DNA of 64,000 nucleotides from Botryllus schlosseri (taxonomy: Eukaryota). Location: positions 17,298,001 to 17,362,000 of the forward strand of contig CM119380.1 in NCBI GenBank assembly GCA_051294905.1, in the 5' to 3' direction. The notes below the pieces were generated by a model that saw only the letters and a list, made by a program, of their open reading frames with translations, was not told the DNA's origin and searched no databases. Position 1 is the first letter of the stretch; each line of letters begins with the position of its first letter. Below are positions 35,801 to 44,800 of this stretch, in pieces. A program made the translations under genes and the position numbers.

Positions 35801-38800
35801 ATAGCTATAGTAAGTAGATATAGATCATTGGTACGGAATGAATGTTTTGATGATGATGACCGCCGACCGTAAAAATGCTGCATGACGATGTAGTCGTGGT
35901 TAAAGATATTTTTGGTCCGTTTATGACAGGGGTTGAATCCTATTTCGTCAAAGGATCTATATTTACCCGATATTTTCAATTGTGAATATCAATACATTAT
36001 GACGTCACATTTGAATATGCGTGGCGCCACGGCGTAGAAAAAAAAACAAGAAAAATATTTTTTAAACAAGGGACTTGTTTTAAACAAGTTTGTTTTAAAC
36101 ACAACCCTACATAGAAAGTCTGAAAAACTAGGCATGAAAAATGTCAAACACTCATTGTCAGGATAACTATCATCTGCCATCGAGGAGGACACAGGCAACG
36201 TGTCCACTGTTCATCCAGATGTTGATTGAAATACATACGGATCTGTTGCCTACCCCCACATGCCATGCTATATGTGTAGGGTTGAACAAAATTGTGTACC
36301 TGGGTGATTCGATTCAGAGTTAAGAAACGAAATAGTAAAAGAGACTTTACAGCTCCAAGTATGCATCTCCTTTGCGGTCCCACGAGGAAAATATTGCCAG
36401 TTACACGTAATCCAAAGCAATACGTATATTTTTTGTTAGTCTAAAAAAGCTACTTTCAACACTCCACTTATAATTGATGCTCTACTCAGATTCAATCACT
36501 CGAATCGTTGTGACCAGCCCTAGGTGCGTACACTGTGCAATGCATATCAGATAATCCGTTACGTAGCAGACCATAAGCATAACAGGCGCGATCCCGATAA
36601 TATCTATTTCACTACGTAACACGGCCTCGTGAGATTGGATGCTTCTAAATCTGACTACGCCGATTCCGTTAAAGACGAGATTCCGTTTACCTCCGGCCGG
36701 TAATCTGCTGATGACGCTTTCGAATTTCCTGCACGTACTGTTGTTGCCGCCGCAGACTCCGCAGGCGTCTTCGGTGGCGTTAGAACTCAATACCCCGTCA
36801 CATCCGATTTTCTGATAAAAAGAGGTCGTGTTGAAGCAATCACCGGTATTAGACTTGGGACGGAACTAAATTCAGTGTAAGTTATCTGATGCGCTAGAAC
36901 GACACATCACAATACCCACGGCGATAAAGTTCTATGGTCCCAAGATAACAATAATTTCATTATTTTAAAACACAACAAGAGTGCATACAATAAATAACTG
37001 GAAGGAGTCAAAGCGACTTTGGAGTCTTTTAATCGCACACCCACTGCTTGCATATGTAAAAAAAAGAACATGTAATTAAGAAGTATGCACACTGAATTAA
37101 AAGTGACAGAAGATTACATAAAACTTGATAAGCAATGAAACTGAAGTGGCATGTGTCGGTAGGCGAATGCTGTATGCCACATCGTCGTCAAGTATTATCA
37201 AGCTCGGACCAGTGTTCATTTAGTTAATAGGTTCTTCATCGATATTCCGTGAAACATTAGGGGTCCCATGAGCCAGTCTCGGGTGTTCTGTGGAGGTCCA
37301 GACACACACGCAACTATATAGTACCATGACCTTAGTAGGCCACGATAGTATATGATTTATGATGTTGCCGGCAATTAGGACCGATCAGTATAGTCGAAAC
37401 GTGCTTGCTGTGGTGATACGTTGTGTGCAGCGGCGTACACAGGTAAGGTAGGGGTTCCAAATCGAAACCCCGTCATTCAAAAATGCCAATCTTCATCTCG
37501 AATAGCTATTACATAAGATCATTTGCAATTAAGCTTATTGGTATAACGCTACTTCGTTTCGATCGAACAATGCGATGGCTGCACTTTTCGAAGTAAAGCC
37601 TCGCATTTCTGAACTGGTATCTGAAAGGGACCAGCAGACGTCCCACTTATTTGCATCAAATATTCATTAATGTTTTCGTTTTGTGTCAAAATTATGTTTT
37701 ACTGGCTTTGTTCTTTTAACGGTCTGTTGCACGGCTCATTTTATGAACCAGTGTAATCGAAGAGCTTCTTGGCGGTATGGAGCTTCAGCATACAATTGAA
37801 TAGTATATTCATATTGGAATGAACCCGAATATTTTCGACTGATACTGGGCTGGGGTAATCGTCTGAAACTAGTATAACTGCCACCGAAAGTATTCGTTTT
37901 AATTTCAATATGAATATACTATACAACCAGTATAATCTTCAGTGTTGTATTAGATGAGTAGTTAGATGTGTATTGTCGTAGAATTTTGTATTTATGACTC
38001 AGAGCAAAAATTGGGTTCCTCAAAGGCTTGCGGATTAGCGCAAGCGCTCCCCAGGTTAGTAAATGCTAAAAGCACCGAGCTAATTAGTGGCATCTTCTTG
38101 TATTGTCTTGTATTGTATCAACACAGGATATGCTCGACAACTGTCGTAAATACCGGCTAAATAATGTGTGCTTTGATTTCGAAGTAATGACGTCATTGAG
38201 TATTGAGGGACATGACCGCAATAGAAGTGAAAAATTAACTTGACGATTTCTGGATTTTGCATGATTAGAACAAAACATTCTGTGATTAGCGATTTGTTGG
38301 TCGTGCTTGTGTGTATCTCAAATATTTTTCCGGCCATATAGGCTTTATATACTCACCACACATTCGCCTTTAACACATATTCCTTTTCTCTGTGCGCCAC
38401 ATCTTGTGCCGTCGTGCAGCACTCCGAAAACATTGTAAAACATGTAGTTTGATGTCATGCACGTCAGCTCGCATGTGTTCCCTTCCTTTCCTGATCGAAG
38501 ACGATTAACATTCATTTCAATATATCAGACGGAAGACCAGAAATAGGAAGGAATCGCGATAGTTCGAGGTTTCGGCGATTTTTGGCTTCCGAACATTGAT
38601 AGGAGGCTGTGATCGAGTATTGTATATCCGAATTCTTGACCTATAACCAATCTATGGCAGTGACAGTGTCACATTTGTGGTGTAATAACGGGTTCAGCAT
38701 GCAACACTATGAAAAGTGACGCCGAAACCACAATCCTCACCATAAGTTAAACCGATTCCTAACTTGAAGCATCGCGTACCACGTTAACGGACCGTATTAA

Positions 38801-41800
38801 CGTTAAGACTTTTCCATCGAGTTGAAAGGATTTGTATGTGGCTGAAATGACGAATAGGCCTATATCATTCATTGGTACCGAGAAGATCGCAAGCGAATGG
38901 GAGAGGGGGGTAGTAAAGAGTCGGGAGTTCGATTTCTGATTCGCAAATTCACATAAGCAAATTCCTGCACAGCGCGGGAGATATTAGAAAAACTTCTTAT
39001 ATCGTTGACATTTGATACGGCTAATATCCCCCGAAATACAAAAAAAGAGTTGCCTATTTCGCACGGCATCGAATTACACTTTCCGCACCGTACGTCAAAC
39101 AGAATATTCTGGTTCTGCGGCGGTATAACAGCCTAGCGAAAGATCAAAGATGCCTACCCCGGAGTCAGAGTTTCAGTAATTAGTTTTAAGATATGCGGTC
39201 GTTGTCCCATGCGAAAACGTGGGGATGTCACAACATGGCAATCATCGCCACCCGCGCCCTTGATCGTAACGCAATATGTTGACGCTGACAGCTTCACACG
39301 TAATATGGAGAAAGTAAATTTACGCAAAGCAGCAGGCAATAATTTCCGAGTACCAAATTAGCAAATTGGCAATGGATGAATCACTAATATTGTATATGGT
39401 GCACAGTGCACACTAGGGCTGTTCCAAAATAACTTTTGTTTCGCGATTCAAGCCGGTCACCTCTTAAATCGTCAGGTTGCAGTAGAAAACCTTGCTCACC
39501 AAATTTCACTCGATTCCAACCTGTACAGGCCTCCGCAGATCCAATTAAAAATTTTAATTTATTATGGAAAATTGAAAAAAAAGTCCAAATTTTTCTGTCA
39601 ACCCCATGAAATTGTTGAGCTGTCTTCAAAGACGTTGCAAAACAAATTTGAGTCAATTCCGACCAGTAGAAGCGGAGTTATGTAATTTTTTCGATGATAA
39701 TTCTCGGATTATCCTTGATCGATGGATAATCAGCGATTTATCAACGAAAAACTCACATAACTCCGCTTCTACTGGTCGGAATTGACTCTTCAAAGACGTT
39801 GCAAAACAAATTTGAGTCAATTCCGACCAGTAGAAGCGGAGTTATGTAAGTTTTTCGATGATAATCCTCGGATTATCCTTGATCGATGGATAATCAGCGA
39901 TTTATCAACGAAAAACTCACATAACTCCGCTTCTACTGGTCGGAATTGACTCAAATTTGTTTTGCAACGTCTTTGAAGACAGCTCAACAATTTCATGGGG
40001 TTGGCAGAAAAATTTGGAAAGTTTTTTTTTTATTTTCCATTATAAATTAAAAATTTTAATTGGATCTGCGGAGTCCTATACTTGTTAGAATCGAAACAAA
40101 TTTGGTGTGCAGCGTTTTTTAGGGTAACCTGACAATTTAATCAGTGAATGGCAGGAATCCGAAAAAAAAAGTTATTTTTGAACAGCCCTAGTGCACACTC
40201 GGCAAATTTAGCCTACTCTTGGCCCGAGATACAGGGCTATCTCAATTCACCGTGTACCGAAATGAAAAGAAATCGCGAGCAGATCAGTTTCCACGAATTG
40301 GCGCTAATGGTCCCGATTTTATAGTTTACTATAGTCGTTTTCATACTGAAAAATATCTTGTAAACGGGGAGTTCTAGTGCCACTACAGCAAAATCGAGAG
40401 TGCTGCACGAGTCATTTTCGTCATCCGGGATTTTACCGGTATGCGCGAATCAGCAGTTTACTAGAAATACTACAAAGAGTACAATAAAACTGGTAATCCG
40501 CGCGAGCATCATTGATATGTGTCAATTTATGTCATACGGGCAGAGGTAAGATTTACCGAAGAATGGAATCCATTTGAAGTTTCTCTCGTGGAAAAGCTTT
40601 CCGTTCTGTTGAGAGCATTGCATCTCAAGGTAATCTTCCGATCCTGTAGGACACTCCTGCGAAAGAGATAGGCTGAACCCCTATGACGTAAACGTCATCC
40701 TTTGATGGCCTTATCCCTTCTTGGTACAATGGATAGGGTTGGAGATTAATAAATCATATGCCTACGTAGAGACGGAGGATTTATTTCGGAAGCACATAAA
40801 CACGAATAATAAAAATAGGACGCCGATACATCTACTTCAGTTTCGGATATTACACATCCGATAAAGTAACTGGATTCGATATTGGTGAAAATTTGCTCGC
40901 ACGAACCGCGTTTTTTCACGATCGACCTTTATAAATCTCGTCGTATGCTGAAAACTAAATTCTCTCGCACAAGGAAAATCTAATATTTGATATCGTTGCA
41001 TGTAGGTTCACATAGATTCGATTACAAAGAGATTGGCATTACTGTGTGAAGATTTTAAACTCCACGACCCAGAGAAAACCATATCCGGTTCTTGATGAAT
41101 GGGCCTGACTTCAAATTAGGTATTATTGATTTGAGAAAAACGTGCGATTTAATAAGTTATTTCGTAGCATTGGCTGCTAGGCAGTTATACGATATGGCGA
41201 TGATCTGATGCACGTGACCCGATTACATCGGTGACACCATGAATCGTTTTGAATTACCGTTCTACACACGCGAACAGGGCGTTCGGAATGGTGTCGTTGC
41301 CATTATCGCCATTACGAGACCCAGAAGTAATATTTGTACCAAATCCGATAGTACTGTGTAATCGAGGACGGGACTAATTCGATACAACGTACACAAAATG
41401 ACACATGCATCGGTATTGTTTGGGCGAACGCCAGCCGTATCTAGTACGACGTATTACGTAAAGCAATCCTGACTGTAACTATTTCTATCAACATGGAATG
41501 ATGAAAAACTCGACAGTTTGATAGCGGGACAGACTGGCTGTCTGCAATAAACTCAAAGTGATATCGTGAAACGAAATGCCGCACGTTTAATTACACAAAA
41601 AGTGACTTATCAAAGTCGGCAAGACGAAATTGAACCGTCCAAGATCTCAGTTGGAAGCAAAATCCCGGTCACAGCTCGCGTCACATAAACAGAGTAAGGT
41701 AGCAACTCTTACTGCCGCTTACGTTAGGTTGGAAGTATACGCTTGAGTCTTGTGTTATTTCAATTGCTACGTACGAATCTTGGCCTTTGTATAATCTGTG

Positions 41801-44800
41801 AACACATGTCAGCAGAGGCCTTTTTAAGGTATATAGTCCCTAAACCGCTAATAACCGAACAGGTTGTTGTTGTTTGTGGTATTCCAGGGTGTTTGTCGAC
41901 TACTATGGTCATTTACACCAGGCCAATTTTCTTCCTTTTTATTCCGTAGCTGCCGACTTTTAGCACGGCCCACAAACACTTGGACAGGAATTCTGGAGTC
42001 GAACTCGGTCGGACTCGAACCTGCAACCCATTGGCGTTGCAGCTGTGCACTGTGCAGCCAAACAAGTTGCTTTGCTTGCAGGACCTATCACTATAATACG
42101 GACACACATGTCATCGAGACGGCGTCGTTGCGTAGCAGAAGCGATGCTGTTTGCCAGCGCAGTATACACAGGATACCTTCGATATTTGTTTTCCGTGTTA
42201 CATAACACCCTTGAACCTATTCAGTTACCATTTAATGGTGCCACGAAACATTCGATTACTCACCTCGGTGTAACATAACTTGTGCTCCGTTTCCTGCCCG
42301 CCGCACTGAACACTGTGATCAGTTTTCGTAAATCCCATCCTGTTCAAAGATAAGATATGATGGCGTGACATTCTATCCAATATTATTAGAAATTATTCCT
42401 AGTATAGTCGTCGGAAACTACTTGAATAAAGCACCACGTAGCACTTGTACCCGGACGACAGATATATACGACATGGAGATCAACGAAAGTGCGGTGACGG
42501 TAGTCAATCAACGTTAAGTGTGTTCTTGTTGTTTGCTGTTATTCATTGTGTTTTCGACTGCAATGTTCATTTACACCAGGCCGATATTCTTTATTTCGAT
42601 TCCGCAGCCTCCGACTTTGTAGCCTAGGTAGCACGGCTCACTTCCAGGCTTAAGACACCGCTTACGCGAATCAGATGGCGAGGAGTACCCTAGGCTAGGT
42701 AATCCTTCCGCACCTGGGAAGGGATTCTGGAGTCTGGACTCGATCCAGCAACCTATAGGTGTTTCAGCTTTGTATCACATCACTACGCTATCTTACCACT
42801 TTACCGTTAAGTCTGATTAGAATCAATCGATAGATAATTTTGGGATTGCCCACTATCATCGAAGCAGTATAGCCTACAACATCGCTGTCATTGGTTTTTA
42901 CTTGATACCAGATACCCAATTACCCATAGATTAGGCCTGCAGTCTGCAATTGTTTTCAACCGAAGGCTGTTATTATCAGATATGGCATTTAATCACCAAC
43001 ATCCAAGATGTTAACAAAGAAATTCCATAACCTGCAATTATACTCGACATGAAAAATACGCGCTCGCCGCATTTTAGCCGAAAAGGACGTTCAATCCGAT
43101 CAAAGTCTGCGTATCCTCTCAAAACCGGACAGGTGGCATCACCGGCGATAGCTTATATTTTGCAGCGTTTGCGTTCCTTATTGCACTTGAAAATAGGCTT
43201 AATTTGATTTGATGACGGATCTCAACAGAGCAACGTCATCATCAATTTCCTGTGGGATTGAAAATTGCCGTTAGACTGCGGCCGTCAAGCACTAATGCGG
43301 CTCGCGTAAAAATAGGACGGATTCCCTCTGTGGTCCCGCCACACGCGCTTTGTTCTGGATGATGTTATTCGTAATTGACAAGGCCACGTTTAAATCAATA
43401 AGAATAATGCAACGTTGATGTTTCGGCGCGTACCAAAATGTGAAAAATAGAGAAGTGCCACCAGGCGCATTTGTAGGCAATGACTAGATATTTGACGACT
43501 CTCCACTCTCAGAAATTATGTAACTCATAACTAGGGCGATTTTTTTTGACCTAAAAAACGAAAGATTTTGACCTAAAAAATCTGAATTTTGACATTTTTT
43601 TACCTTAAAAAACTAAATTTTGACCATATTTTGACTTAACGTATGCAAATTAGGTGTTTCCCCAAAAAATGTTCGAATTGTACTACTTATCCTCATTTCT
43701 GGGTTGAACTTTCTGTTCTTACGAAGTAGTTTGACCTGAAAAAACTTTTTTCACTCAAAAACTGATAAATCTTTACATGACAAAATATTATTTTAACAAA
43801 ATCTGACCCTATGATGAATTCCAGTACGTGACATACTATGGGGAAAATAATTAAAATTTGTTGTAGTACAACGAAAGATACTTTCCTACATTCTCGGCAG
43901 GGATATCTACATATCTAGTTCCAGATATCCCTGATTCTCGGGTAAAAAGTGTCTGTATTTCTAAGTAGCTTGTCAATAATGGAGATGTGTCGAGATAGCG
44001 TAGCGGTATAATCCACAGCTACAACACCAATGGGTTGTGGGTTCTAGTCCAACCGAGGTCGACTCCAGAATCACTACCCAAGTGTTGAAGGTTTATCTAG
44101 GTTCCTTGTCATCTCACCGCGTAAGTGGTGTCTTACAAAAATCATAGAAGTGGGCCGTGCTGCAAGTTGGCAGATACTCGGCGGATACGGAATCGAAAAT
44201 AAGGAATTTTTTACCTGGTGTAAATGACCATTGTAGTCGACAAACACCATGAATATACAAACAACAAAAAGAAGAATGGAGTAAAAACGTTCAACTGTAG
44301 CAGCTGTTGGCTGACAACAAAGAAGTTGTGCGTGCGTACACTGCTGGTGACACACCGTGTTGCTACATTCTGACAATGGTGTACATCTCAATTTTTCATA
44401 CAGATGTAAGAACCATGCAATGCCCACGCAGTCTTGCTTCACTTAGGATATTGCGGTACGTTGAACATAACATCGTGTCAACCTATTTATTTCATTTGAC
44501 TGCTTATGATTTACAATGAGCAGACAATGCGCTGTCTGCAACGGTAGGCCTATAAAGTAGGCTACAAGCTGTGAAATGTCAAACGGTAAGTTCACCGATT
44601 GTGCAAATTCTACGATACAAATGAATTGCAGGTTGCAAAAAACCTTGTCTTTTTGAACAATTTTGACATTTTTTGACCTAACGCTAGAATTTTGACCTTA
44701 TTTTGACTTTTTTTGACATGTCAAAAAAAATCGCCCTACTCATAACGTAACGCTAGGTCAAATACCCTCATAAAAATATCAGAGGTGGTCATAAACTAAG

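Noticed and set aside
43987-44066. tRNA gene
   Set aside because: A and B boxes are present but there is no cloverleaf or acceptor stem. It continues into a shared body and tail, so it is a SINE.
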